Of a stretch of DNA of 47,001 nt, positions 32,313 through 42,333 are shown piece by piece. Position 1 is the stretch's first letter. Each line of letters begins with the position of its first letter. Below the pieces are notes generated by a model. It did no database searches. It was not told where the DNA came from and was given only the letters and a program-made list of their open reading frames with translations. The position numbers were made by a program, and so were the translations under genes. The DNA is from Promethearchaeota archaeon (GTDB lineage Archaea; Asgardarchaeota; Hermodarchaeia; Hermodarchaeales; Hermodarchaeaceae), in NCBI GenBank assembly GCA_048939625.1, contig JBHLPH010000016.1, positions 1-47,001 on the forward strand, written 5' to 3'.

Positions 32313-33437
32313 CTAAACCGTTTCAAGAGGAATCTGGTTCAGAGTCTCATATTCCTCGACTTTCTGACAGATAATCGTGTCTCCGAGACGAACACTTCCC
32401 AAACCAGGAACCTTGAGACCAGTTTCAATAGTAAATACCATCCCTGGAAGAACAGGGGTTTCTTCAGTAGGAGAAATATAGGGTGCCTCGAGTGGTTGAA
32501 GTCCAATTCCACTTCCTAATTGTGAATCCAAGTTTTTCAAATAACCTCGATCATCTGTAACTCGACGGATGCTTAAAGCAATATCGCGGACAAGGGTTTC
32601 TGGGTTGAGTATTTTTTTGGCTGTGTTCACCGAATCTCGAGCGCATTCAAAAAGTGCTTGCTGTTTCTTAGTTGGCTTTCCAGTAAGAACCGATCGTGTA
32701 AGATTGGAACAGTAATCATCATTTACAGCTGATACAGAAATTACAACGAACTCCTTGGATCCAATTTCGCGACGGCCCGCAGGAACGAAAGGACAGCCTG
32801 CACGAGGTCCGGATGCAATGACTGTAGGATACCCAGTTTGTGTGGCTCCAGCTTTTCGGAGGGTTCGTTCCACTTCGCCTGCTACTTCGATTTCTGATAT
32901 CCCTGGACGTATGAACTCAATTGCAGCTCTTAATCCATTTTCCGCGATTTGGAAAGCAGTTTTAATTTTTTCGATTTCAACTTCGTCTTTAATCATTCGC
33001 AATTCGGCTAGAGCGTTGGAGATATTTCTAAACCCAGCGTCGGGTAAGAGGCTTTTGATTTCCTCGAAGCGCCGTGCAGATATATGGTTTAATTCAATTC
33101 CAATGTCAACTGAGCGCAGATTATAAGTCTCAAGGGCAGTTTGGAGAGCCTCAATAAGAGTAGATTGGATGCCATTGGTAATCTGAGGATGGTAGGGTTG
33201 AATGTTCCGAAACCATGAACCCGATTTTGCGAATTCACATTCAGCCTCAGGAACGATAAGCAGAGGATCGGCGTCGCGAACGAGAATCGCAACGGAGTTC
33301 CCCAGTATTCCTGTTGGTTTATACCCTGTAATGTACCGAATATTGAATGGATCAAACAGGAGCACACCTTTAAGTTCTTCACGGGTCATAATTCGCTGAG
33401 CCCGGTCTAGGCGCATACTAGGAACACCGCTGTACAT
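32313..33437 (-). CDS. Catalytically degenerate aminopeptidase-P/M24-fold protein
   Basis: Creatinase-N domain (NIRYITGY) plus M24 core (LRMIKD..EI, PG.SE.E, PGMVFTIE), but with most metal ligands replaced. Start is ATG 33437 or 33416. Confidence 0.88.
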   Translation of the reverse strand: MYSGVPSMRLDRAQRIMTREELKGVLLFDPFNIRYITGYKPTGILGNSVAILVRDADPLLIVPEAECEFAKSGSWFRNIQPYHPQITNGIQSTLIEALQTALETYNLRSVDIGIELNHISARRFEEIKSLLPDAGFRNISNALAELRMIKDEVEIEKIKTAFQIAENGLRAAIEFIRPGISEIEVAGEVERTLRKAGATQTGYPTVIASGPRAGCPFVPAGRREIGSKEFVVISVSAVNDDYCSNLTRSVLTGKPTKKQQALFECARDSVNTAKKILNPETLVRDIALSIRRVTDDRGYLKNLDSQLGSGIGLQPLEAPYISPTEETPVLPGMVFTIETGLKVPGLGSVRLGDTIICQKVEEYETLNQIPLETV

Positions 33438-33501
33438 CCAGTGTAGTAGGATTAAATTTCTATCCCTTACTACCAATTTCTTTCGTGGAATACTAATCTT
33501 C

Positions 33502-33509
33502 TTTATATA
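33502..33509 (+). promoter_or_regulatory. TATA box for tRNA-Arg(CCG), possibly shared with the divergent gene
   Basis: TTTATATA ending 31 nt upstream of the tRNA 5' end. Confidence 0.55.
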
Positions 33510-33540
33510 GGACTGATGTCTTTTCGAAAGATTATCCCAA

Positions 33541-33618
33541 GGGCCCTTGGCCTAGTATGGATAGGGCGACAGGTTCCGGACCTGTAGATCCCGCGTTCAA
33601 ATCGCGGAGGGCCCGCCA
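33541..33618 (+). tRNA. tRNA-Arg(CCG), CCA encoded, no intron
   Basis: GGGCCCT...ACAGG-TTCCGGA-CCTGT...CCGCG-TTCAAAT-CGCGG-AGGGCCC-G-CCA. Confidence 0.95.
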
Positions 33619-33713
33619 CTCCGAGTTCGACTTTATGGTCCTTGCATATCTAAAATGCTTAAAGGTCTCTCAATCCATGAACCGCTAGTATCTAGAGGTT
33701 TGTAGCATTGCAA

Positions 33714-34631
33714 ATGGAATCCCAGTGTGTCACTTGTTTAATTTCACGAGCCTTTCAGGAAGTGCAATTAGCGACATCTAACGTAGAATTACAATTAGCC
33801 GCCATGACTGAGGTCGTAGGAATTCTACACTCATCAATGATGCAAGGAAGTCGCTTTGAGAAGATTCCTGCATATGTTGGCACACGGCGGGACCATGCTA
33901 TTCAACGCATAACCGGTTGTCCGGACGCTTATGCTCAATTAAAACAGAAATCCAATGAGGCAGCCTTAGGTCTGATTGCTCCACTCGAGGACTTTGTAAA
34001 GAAGCCGAAAGATTCCAAGGAATGTTTTCGTAGAGCATGCATAGCAGCGTCACTTGGTAATGTTATTGAATACGGTGTATCGGGGCACGAAATTCCATGG
34101 GACAATTTACCTCAACTTATTACAAAAGCCGAAAGCGAATTAGTAGTTGACCATATTCCACAACTGTATAAATTGGCACAGGAGGCTTCACACACGCTTT
34201 ATTTGACAGATAACGCAGGTGAAGTCGTGTTTGACCGGTTACTAATCGAGGCTTTAACGAAAGTAGGTTCAAAGGTCACAGTAGCTGTGAAAGAGAAGCC
34301 GGTTTTGAATGATGCCATGCTTGAAGATGCCAACGCCGCAGGATTAGCTGATTCAGCGGATCTTGTCACAACGGGAGGCGGAGCTGTTGGCGTCTTACCT
34401 CAATGGTGCTCAGAAGAGTTCCTTAACCTGTTTAATGAGGTTGATTTGGTAATCGCAAAAGGCATGGGACACCATGAGACGCTCCCAGAATTTACGTTGC
34501 CTACCCCGTCAGCGCATCTATTGCGAACGAAATGCTTGCCAATTGCACGCTCTTTGAATGTACCCAAGGACCGAAACGTTGTGAACGTTCTCATTGGGCA
34601 TCAAGGACCCTTAGGACCGCTAACAAAATAG
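33714..34631 (+). CDS. DUF89/ARMT1-like damage-control phosphatase
   Basis: C..CL, D.Y...K..SN, GN.I.YG, TDNAGE..FD, P.LNDA...D, IAKGMG..E, KC..IA. Confidence 0.9.
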   Translation: MESQCVTCLISRAFQEVQLATSNVELQLAAMTEVVGILHSSMMQGSRFEKIPAYVGTRRDHAIQRITGCPDAYAQLKQKSNEAALGLIAPLEDFVKKPKDSKECFRRACIAASLGNVIEYGVSGHEIPWDNLPQLITKAESELVVDHIPQLYKLAQEASHTLYLTDNAGEVVFDRLLIEALTKVGSKVTVAVKEKPVLNDAMLEDANAAGLADSADLVTTGGGAVGVLPQWCSEEFLNLFNEVDLVIAKGMGHHETLPEFTLPTPSAHLLRTKCLPIARSLNVPKDRNVVNVLIGHQGPLGPLTK

Positions 34632-34640
34632 GATAAACCT

Positions 34641-36446
34641 CTACATTCCATCCTCTTCGGTGCTGATATAGTAGTATTCTCCCCGCTGTTTTTGTTCACG
34701 ATCTAGTCGACTATCTTCCTTGTTGACCCTTGGTCGTCCTGTTGCATGATCACGGCGAAAAGTGACCCCCATATCCTTGAGAAATGTATTCATACCCAAT
34801 CTAAGATCTACAGGCGCTTGACATAATCCATTTTCCCCGGGCTTACCTGAGAATACGGAAATTGTATCAGCAAACGCAGAAATGGTAACCATATCATGCT
34901 CCACGACAAAGGCAGCTTTTCCTTTATCATGTACAATGGATCGAATAACTTTGGCTGCAGCTAAGCGCTGTTCAATATCTAAGAATGCAGATGGTTCATC
35001 GAGAAGAAAGAGGTCTGCAGGTCGCGCCAGACATGCAGCAATAGCCACCCGTTGAAGCTCACCACCACTAAGTTCAGCGACTTGACGGTCCTCCAGCTTA
35101 TCCAAGGATAAGGGTCGCATCACCTCAGATCTGAAGAGGCTTGTTAGCACTGAAGCGCCCCCTACTTCATGGATAGTTTCAAGAACAGTGTCCTTGCTGT
35201 CAGAGCTAAGATATTGGGGTTTGTAACTGATTTTGAGATCGGTTTCGGGAATTGTGCCCTCATCGGGTTCTAAATCTTGAGCGAGTAGGCGTACAAAAGT
35301 CGTCTTTCCGATTCCGTTGGGTCCTAGGACTCCGATTACTTCCCCTTGATGTACCTGACCGGGCATGACTTGAAGCTTAAAGTCCTCGAATTGTTTCATC
35401 ATCGCATCATATTCAAGGAGTAATTCCACATTAACCCAAAATTCTTCAGAAGGCGGACTTGTGTCGAAATGGATTTCTTCATTTCGGAACCGAACATTGC
35501 TGTCTGGCAGATATCCATTGAGGTAGATGTTAATGCCTTCTCTAACGCCATGGGGATTTGAGACAATCCCATACACTCCTGGTTCGCCATAAAAGATGCA
35601 GACGTAATCTGAGATATAATCAGCAACAGCGAGATCATGGACCACGCTGATGACCATTTTTCCTTCAAAGGCTAATGACCGAATAGCGCGGGCTGTTCGA
35701 ACACGTTGATAGACGTCGAGGTAGGAGGTTGGTTCATCAATGAGGTAAACATCGGCGTCACGAGCCATGACCGCCGCAATGGCCACTCGTTGAAGCTCAC
35801 CACCACTAAGAACAGACAAATCTCGGTGAAGAACCCCTTCAAGTTCTAGCTGATCAGTGAGAGTAGAGAGTATTCCACGTTGATCTGTAGATTCAAGAAG
35901 GGATTGCACTGATCCTTTGTAAGCGTCTGGAATAGAGGTGACAATTTGGGGTTTGTACGCAACAGTGAGTTCCCCCTTCGATGCTTTTTCAAAATAGGGT
36001 TGGAGACCGGATCCGCGATAATGACGGATAATTTCAGACCAGTCTGGGGGGTCTTCGAAATTTCCGAGATTTGGCTGTAACTGGAGAGCAAGGATTTGTA
36101 ATGCGGTGGATTTACCAGTTCCATTTGCACCCACTAGCCCAGTTATTGAGCCAGGAGCAGGAATCGGTAAGCGGAATAGCTTGAAACTGTTTGGTCCATA
36201 TCGATGAGAAGTATCTGTTTCTAACTCGTCAGCAAGATTGATGATGCGTAATGCCCCAAATGGGCACTTTCGTGTACAGATGCCACAGCCCGTACATAGA
36301 ATTTCAACAATGCGTGGTTGGGCATCCTTTTTGTCTTCGAAGACAACAACCTCATCACCCATTCGCTGTGGTGGACAAAAGCGCTGACATTCTTTTGAGC
36401 ACTTGGAGGGGTTACAGGCACGTGGATCTAATACCGCAACACGCAT
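34641..36446 (-). CDS. rli: Ribosome recycling ATPase ABCE1/RLI
   Basis: Two Fe-S motifs (C.P.KC..EC...CP; CTGCGIC..KCPF), YG.NSF.L, two ABC domains with LSGGELQR, TFRRD..GRPR.NK; ATG 36446. Confidence 0.97.
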   Translation of the reverse strand: MRVAVLDPRACNPSKCSKECQRFCPPQRMGDEVVVFEDKKDAQPRIVEILCTGCGICTRKCPFGALRIINLADELETDTSHRYGPNSFKLFRLPIPAPGSITGLVGANGTGKSTALQILALQLQPNLGNFEDPPDWSEIIRHYRGSGLQPYFEKASKGELTVAYKPQIVTSIPDAYKGSVQSLLESTDQRGILSTLTDQLELEGVLHRDLSVLSGGELQRVAIAAVMARDADVYLIDEPTSYLDVYQRVRTARAIRSLAFEGKMVISVVHDLAVADYISDYVCIFYGEPGVYGIVSNPHGVREGINIYLNGYLPDSNVRFRNEEIHFDTSPPSEEFWVNVELLLEYDAMMKQFEDFKLQVMPGQVHQGEVIGVLGPNGIGKTTFVRLLAQDLEPDEGTIPETDLKISYKPQYLSSDSKDTVLETIHEVGGASVLTSLFRSEVMRPLSLDKLEDRQVAELSGGELQRVAIAACLARPADLFLLDEPSAFLDIEQRLAAAKVIRSIVHDKGKAAFVVEHDMVTISAFADTISVFSGKPGENGLCQAPVDLRLGMNTFLKDMGVTFRRDHATGRPRVNKEDSRLDREQKQRGEYYYISTEEDGM

Positions 36447-36517
36447 TGAAGATACATTCCTTCTTCTTCGAACGCAATTCCGGTTTTTAGTGTTATGGGT
36501 ATGCAAATAGGCAGAAT

Positions 36518-37924
36518 TCAGCTCATTATCCTAAGCCACACAGCTCGTTGTCTAAGAATCGAAAGAGCAGTTGCGGCTCGTTGTGGGGTTGGGTAGTTGG
36601 GAATAACGGCTTTGTGTAAAATTGGAATCCCGGTCTTCACAATATCTTCAGCTAACCAGCAGGTTATAAGCGGTTTTTGTGGGTTGTCTTCGTGGGCTTT
36701 TGCAACGGCTTCTGATATGAGTTTGATATCTGAAAAAGCCGTTGGGACACACAACACGAGGACCATATCGACTTCTGCGTGGTTGAGAAGCATTGCTGTT
36801 ACTCGCTGATATGTGGCTGGCGAAGCTTCTGGCCCCAGATCAACGGGATTTATCATTGGACATATCGGAGGCAAGAATGTTTGGAACTCCTTGACAAGCG
36901 GTGTGGGAAACGGATTTACCTCTAACCCGAAACGAGTGCACGCATCTACTGCAAGAACTCCAGGACCTCCGCTATTTGTGATAATACCTACAGAATTTCC
37001 TTTTGGAAGAGGAGCTTGGGATAATATCAGGCATGAATCAGTAAATTCTTCTAAGGTGGAAACTTGAATTATACCAGTTTGCCGAAACGCACCAGTATAG
37101 ATTGCTTGGTCTCCTGCCATTGCGCCGGTGTGTGATTGAATTGCTTGGCTGGCCGCATAAGTTTCCCCAGGTTTTAGGACGACTATGGGCTTTTGGGGCG
37201 TAATTTGCTTTGCTACCGATAAAAAGTGACGAGCGTTTTGGACTCCTTCGAGATAGCAACCGATTATTGTTGTCGGTGTATGTGATTCAAGGTAGCTGAG
37301 AATTTCTTCGGGACCAATATCGGTTGCGTTTCCATAACTGACAAACATGCTGAAGCCAAGACTCGCTGCACGAGCCATTGCCAGAACAACAGCACACATG
37401 GCCCCACTTTGGGAAATAAATGCTAGATTACCAACTTGTAGACGATGTTCAAAGCTGGCGAATATCTGCTCGTTGGTTGCGGCAAACCCAGCACAGTTGG
37501 GTCCTAACAACCGCATCCCATAATGTCTAATGCGTTTTCCGAGTTCAAGTTCTGTAGTTAAATCTCCTAACTCACTGAATCCGGAGCTCATTATAATTAA
37601 CGAATGTACTTTTTTCCGCCCACAAGCATCAACGGCATCTAGGACCCGGTCTTTGCGTAAAACAATGATAGCCAAATCAATTGGATGAGGAACAGCCTCT
37701 ATTTTTGGATAGGCTTTCAATTCAAGGACGGCTTCTAGGCGTGGGTTGATAGGGTATATGGTGCCTTCGAATTTACCTAATTGGAGGCTCCGGATTACTT
37801 GGTATCCAATTCGATCTGGTTTATCAGTGGCACCAATAACAGCGATTGATTTTGGATTAAAGAAGGCATTGAGGGTTGTACTTGACACACTGGACACCAG
37901 AGTCAGATTACCATCAATACCCAC
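36518..37924 (-). CDS. acdA: Acetate--CoA ligase (ADP-forming) alpha subunit family
   Basis: FF.PKSIAVIGA, YPINP, GF.E.G, R.LGPNC.G, ISQSGA, SHTG phospho-His, TNSGG.G, NPVD. Confidence 0.88.
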   Translation of the reverse strand: MGIDGNLTLVSSVSSTTLNAFFNPKSIAVIGATDKPDRIGYQVIRSLQLGKFEGTIYPINPRLEAVLELKAYPKIEAVPHPIDLAIIVLRKDRVLDAVDACGRKKVHSLIIMSSGFSELGDLTTELELGKRIRHYGMRLLGPNCAGFAATNEQIFASFEHRLQVGNLAFISQSGAMCAVVLAMARAASLGFSMFVSYGNATDIGPEEILSYLESHTPTTIIGCYLEGVQNARHFLSVAKQITPQKPIVVLKPGETYAASQAIQSHTGAMAGDQAIYTGAFRQTGIIQVSTLEEFTDSCLILSQAPLPKGNSVGIITNSGGPGVLAVDACTRFGLEVNPFPTPLVKEFQTFLPPICPMINPVDLGPEASPATYQRVTAMLLNHAEVDMVLVLCVPTAFSDIKLISEAVAKAHEDNPQKPLITCWLAEDIVKTGIPILHKAVIPNYPTPQRAATALSILRQRAVWLRIMS

Positions 37925-38017
37925 CTGACGATGGGTTATGAAAGTGCTAAGACGCAGACCGTTTTAAGACTTGCTGGCACCACCAGCTTCGGGAAGGAGA
38001 TGTAGTCTTGAAGGATC

Positions 38018-38944
38018 CTAAGTGAATTGAATTAACTTTGCGATTTCTCGTTGGCGTGAGCGAAGTGTGACTTCTGTAATGCCTAATACGGTGGCAACAG
38101 CCTGTTGTGACCGGGTTTCACCAAGTTGTTTAGCAGCAAGATAAATGGCTGCAGCTACATAGCCTTTGGGATCTTTTCCTGAGAGCTGAAGTTTCTGTGA
38201 CGTTAGACCAAGAATTTCTATAGCACGTTGTTCAACTGGTACTGATAGCCCAAGAGCATTGGCAAAACGTGGGACAATTGAACTAATATTTTGTCGTTTG
38301 GGCTTTAGGTCCAGCGTCTTCACTAACAGCACGTAACATCGTTTGATGACGCGTTCTTCCTCTGATGAAGTTTTCAATACACTATCTAATGTTAACGGGA
38401 AACCACACGTTTTCGCTGCTGCAAAAACACAGGCGGCAACCATTGCCTTGATACTATGCCCACGGAGAAGATCATTTTTGTAGGCTTTTCGATAAAAAAT
38501 CGCGGCGGTTTCGCGTATGTGTCCAGGGACACTCAGCTTTTCGGCCATTCGACGAATTTCTGTAAAAGCGATGGTGAAGTTTCGTCGTCGCCATGTTGAT
38601 CGGGAGTTCCACCGCATTATTCGTTCGAGTCGTCCCGCTCGTTCAGGGGATATACCGTTTCCATTCAAACGGGTGGATACTTTTGTTGATAAACCAAAAT
38701 CAGGGAGCATTTGAGAGAGTGGTAACCCATTTGTGCTCCGTTCAGCTTTCTCTTCCGGTGTGAATGCCCGTACACCGGCTCGAGGATCAATCATCGCCTC
38801 AGAGAGGACCATTCCACAATTAGTACAGATGAGTTCACCCCTTTGAGGATCGTGTACAATATCTTGAGATCCACAATCGTGGCAACGACCAAATTCAGAA
38901 TGTTTGGTTGTGACTGCCGTATTTTTTGAATATTCCACAGTCAA
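38018..38944 (-). CDS. tfb: Transcription initiation factor B (divergent paralog)
   Basis: C..CGS.....D..RGE.IC..CG.V zinc ribbon; two cyclin repeats (L.RG.SI...AA; GK.P.G..AAA.Y); Q..VA....ITEVT.R. Confidence 0.92.
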   Translation of the reverse strand: MTVEYSKNTAVTTKHSEFGRCHDCGSQDIVHDPQRGELICTNCGMVLSEAMIDPRAGVRAFTPEEKAERSTNGLPLSQMLPDFGLSTKVSTRLNGNGISPERAGRLERIMRWNSRSTWRRRNFTIAFTEIRRMAEKLSVPGHIRETAAIFYRKAYKNDLLRGHSIKAMVAACVFAAAKTCGFPLTLDSVLKTSSEEERVIKRCYVLLVKTLDLKPKRQNISSIVPRFANALGLSVPVEQRAIEILGLTSQKLQLSGKDPKGYVAAAIYLAAKQLGETRSQQAVATVLGITEVTLRSRQREIAKLIQFT

Positions 38945-39096
38945 GAAGCCTTTAACCTCACAAGATAAGTGGTGAAAGTGTTTTTTTATAACTCCGCAAT
39001 AATAGCACCAAAAACATCAACTAATGCTTATAAAGACAGTTTATTCTATTGTGTTAGTGGTTCTCGTAGGTTAGCGGGGTGATCGCCTTATTTGGT

Positions 39097-40002
39097 TCAT
39101 AGGTTAGCCTTGCTGATAAGTTGCTCTAACGCAGCACTTCGAATTCCAGGGAAGTAGTTGTGATGTTTTGCTATTTGGACAGTAACTCGGGGAATGTGTT
39201 CATGTCGTCGAGTGGTTCGAGAAATTGTGTCTACTTCGTTGAGATTTTCAGCTGTTAGAAGTGAGATGATAACGGGCGCTTCAACGGAAATATAGGTCTC
39301 CCAAAGCGATGGTTCAAAGGTTTCTTTGAGCCAAGCTACTATTGTTTGATGATCGGTCGCGCGTTCATCCCAAGTCATTCGCATTAGAAAGGGAATACTT
39401 CCTGCGGCTCCAAGCTCAACGAAGGTGCTAAAAATCACAGCTCGGCCTTCGATAATTTCTTTAACTAACTTACGGACACGTCGTGCAGTCAAGTTAGACT
39501 GCTCTGCGATCTCCACGATTGACTTTCGTGGATCCTCTTTCAAAGTTTTTAGGATACGAAGATGAAGTTTGGAGAACTCCATAATCTTCCCGGGTGGACT
39601 CAACAATTGGTGTGTTTCTATGTTGTGAACGCAGTCAAAACTTCGTAAAAAAGCCCCAATGTCCCATAGATCTTGTGAGTCACGAAATTCGGCGATAAGG
39701 ACATAATGACCACCAGTGTAGGAAGCCGCGGCAATGACCTTGTTATTGCCACCCAATGTGTTTACAAACTCAGCTTCATCTTGAGACCCATCAGTGGCTA
39801 GCATCCCATAGAGCAACCGGACACCTGCCATTTCTAATGATAATCGAAGACCGTAGCTGGTGATTATTCTAGTCTCCTCAAGTTTTTTGACTCGTTTTTT
39901 AATCGCACTTGAAGAGATGTTGTACTTGAGCGCGAGTTCTCGATAGGTTATCCGGCAGTTTTCATTTAGATCGTTAAGAAGGCCCTTGTCAATTGAGTCC
40001 AA
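39097..40002 (-). CDS. Lrp/AsnC-family regulator with two tandem HTH+RAM units
   Basis: D.ID..LL..L..N.R..Y.ELA.....S...I..RV..L, and a second unit IL..L..DPR.S..EIA....LT...V. Confidence 0.88.
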   Translation of the reverse strand: MDSIDKGLLNDLNENCRITYRELALKYNISSSAIKKRVKKLEETRIITSYGLRLSLEMAGVRLLYGMLATDGSQDEAEFVNTLGGNNKVIAAASYTGGHYVLIAEFRDSQDLWDIGAFLRSFDCVHNIETHQLLSPPGKIMEFSKLHLRILKTLKEDPRKSIVEIAEQSNLTARRVRKLVKEIIEGRAVIFSTFVELGAAGSIPFLMRMTWDERATDHQTIVAWLKETFEPSLWETYISVEAPVIISLLTAENLNEVDTISRTTRRHEHIPRVTVQIAKHHNYFPGIRSAALEQLISKANL

Positions 40003-40024
40003 ACTTGGTCACCAAATAATTGTG

Positions 40025-41368
40025 CTAAGTTGAAGGGATTCGCCCTACTTTCCAAGGAGTATGTGGTAACATGTTTGTAGTGTCAATTAAACGATCTTCA
40101 ATCGCAACTAATTTTGTTTTCGCGTCTTGGAATTCAGTATGAGGAGCTAGAATAATAACACAGTCAGCCCTCAGAGCGTCTTCAAATGTTGTGGGAGTGA
40201 AACCCAAATCCGTTACTTCCTTCTTTGAAAAGAATGGATCATAAGCAAGGATTGCGTCCGGATGGTAGTCACGCAAGTGCTCAAGAATCTTCAAGCTAGC
40301 AGCAAATCGTGTTTCCTTTACATCAGCTCTGAAGGAAATGCCCAGAAGACTTACTTTCGAACCGTTGATGGATTTTTTTTGGGCATTCAAACAACGAATA
40401 ACTAATTCGATGGTGTGAAATGGCATGCTATCATTAAGGTATCGGACTTGACGTAGCAGCGCAGAGTTGATTCCCAGCTCCTTTGCTTTATTGATGAGGA
40501 ACCAGGGATAGACGGGGATACAGTGACCACCGACTCCAGCACTTGGTCGATGAATCATACAATGTTCCCGTGTACCCTCGTTTGCCGCAGCGATCACCTC
40601 CCAAGCATCAACACCTAAGGGTTCACAGAGTTGCGCCAATAAGTTCGCATAACCGATATTTACATCGCGGAATGTACCTTCTGCGACTTTCACCAGCTCT
40701 GCGGCCAACAGCGATGAAGTTCGTACTACATCACCAAAGAGCCCATATACCCCCGCCGCAGCCTCAGTGCTTGCTTCATCGATACCCCCAACAACTTTCG
40801 GAAACTTGTAAAGATTTCTGACAACACGACCGACCATTAGCCGTTCAGGACTGTGAGCGAGACCAAAGTCTTTACCCGCTTTTAACCCGCTTGCGGCTTC
40901 CAGAACCGGTTGAATAACAGTCTCTGTTGCACCAGGAGGCATCGTTGTGGAAGTAATCACTAGGTCCCCTTTTTTCAAGCCCTTTCCGGCGACGTTAGCT
41001 GCACTTTTGATTATGGTGTAATCTTCCTGACCCTGTTCATCTACTAAGAGCGGGACTAATAGAATTATGACATCTGAGTCATTTGCTGCCGCAGTTCCGT
41101 CCGTGGTAGCGCGGAATTTCCCTGCCTTAACCATCTCCTGCAAGAGTTCTGGAATGTTTGGTTCGCCAATAAGTGGAGAATCTCCACGGTTAATCATATC
41201 CACTACTTTCTGATTGGTTCGTACACCAACGACTTTAGCTCCCTCTTTTGCAAAAGCAACGGCTACAGGCAGCCCCATGTTTCCAATGCCAACAAGATCA
41301 ATTGTGACCTCGCCCTTCTGAAGTGCAGAGGAAATTTGATCGGCGGATTTTCCGTATACTTTCACCAT
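40025..41368 (-). CDS. Nucleotide-sugar dehydrogenase (UDP-ManNAc/GlcNAc type)
   Basis: G.G..GLP.A, ST.PPG.T, SPER, AE..K..E..FRDVNI, GVGGHCIP..P; ATG 41368. Confidence 0.92.
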   Translation of the reverse strand: MVKVYGKSADQISSALQKGEVTIDLVGIGNMGLPVAVAFAKEGAKVVGVRTNQKVVDMINRGDSPLIGEPNIPELLQEMVKAGKFRATTDGTAAANDSDVIILLVPLLVDEQGQEDYTIIKSAANVAGKGLKKGDLVITSTTMPPGATETVIQPVLEAASGLKAGKDFGLAHSPERLMVGRVVRNLYKFPKVVGGIDEASTEAAAGVYGLFGDVVRTSSLLAAELVKVAEGTFRDVNIGYANLLAQLCEPLGVDAWEVIAAANEGTREHCMIHRPSAGVGGHCIPVYPWFLINKAKELGINSALLRQVRYLNDSMPFHTIELVIRCLNAQKKSINGSKVSLLGISFRADVKETRFAASLKILEHLRDYHPDAILAYDPFFSKKEVTDLGFTPTTFEDALRADCVIILAPHTEFQDAKTKLVAIEDRLIDTTNMLPHTPWKVGRIPST

Positions 41369-41460
41369 TCGGACAACCTCGCGCACTAAGCACCTCAAAG
41401 GCGCACTTAAGCATTATTGTTAAGAAAAATTCCATAATTTGGAGATAATCAGAATGGACC

Positions 41461-42171
41461 TTAAGATTTAGTAAGGTGGAGTTTGTCGGCTAGAAACGCC
41501 ATTATCATGGGAATGATGTTATTAAGACGTCGTGTCCAGAAATGATTAGCACCTTTAATCAATCGGAGGTATTTTTCCTCAACTTGTAGCATCGCATATA
41601 TTGTCTCAGCCTCAACTGGATTGACAGAATCATCATCTTGACCATGAACGACATAAGTGGGACAGGAGACGTAGCGAATGGCATCCTTAATGAGATCTGC
41701 ATCTAAATCAGGTAGTTTGAGTGGTGCGCTGATAATGACAAGTGCAGCAGGAGAGACATCCATCGCAGCAGCTAAGCTTATACTCCCTCCAAAACTGTAG
41801 CCTAACAGAGCGATATGGACATTATTAGTATGCGGATGGTTCCGTAGATATTTTACCGCCGCAATTGTATCCTGTATTTCCCCGATTCCTTGCCCAAACT
41901 GCCCCTCGCTTTTTCCAACTCCACGATAATTGAAACGAAGCGTATTGAAGCCTTTCGCCACAGCCGCATCTTGTATGGCTTTCAGGCGACTATCGTCCAT
42001 GGATCCACCGAATAAGGGATGTGGATGGCAAAGGACTATTCCTGGTTGGTTCGCTTGTTCAGTCAAGACAAGAATGCCTTCTAAGGAGAGTTGAGGGGTT
42101 TGAATCGTGATGCCTTGTTCACGACCTTTCACAGATTCGCGGGTACGAGGTGAATCGGACACTTCAGCCAC
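41461..42171 (-). CDS. Alpha/beta hydrolase
   Basis: CHPHP..GGSM, RFNYRGVG.S.G, GYSFG nucleophile elbow, HG..D, GA.HF. Confidence 0.9.
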   Translation of the reverse strand: MAEVSDSPRTRESVKGREQGITIQTPQLSLEGILVLTEQANQPGIVLCHPHPLFGGSMDDSRLKAIQDAAVAKGFNTLRFNYRGVGKSEGQFGQGIGEIQDTIAAVKYLRNHPHTNNVHIALLGYSFGGSISLAAAMDVSPAALVIISAPLKLPDLDADLIKDAIRYVSCPTYVVHGQDDDSVNPVEAETIYAMLQVEEKYLRLIKGANHFWTRRLNNIIPMIMAFLADKLHLTKS

Positions 42172-42333
42172 ATCTCAAAAAATTCAGACTACTATAGATT
42201 CGAAGTTATCTCGTCCTTTTAAACATGCGTCCCAGAAGCCTCATCAGTACATTAGAATTAAAAACGGCAGTATACGAAACTGCACCAGATTAAAAAGCGC
42301 AAAAGAACTGAACGCTAAAAGCGAGGTCTTTTT

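Noticed and set aside
31517-33618. tRNA-anchored integrated element
   Set aside because: Both tRNAs are complete, with no partial 3' duplicate and no integrase.
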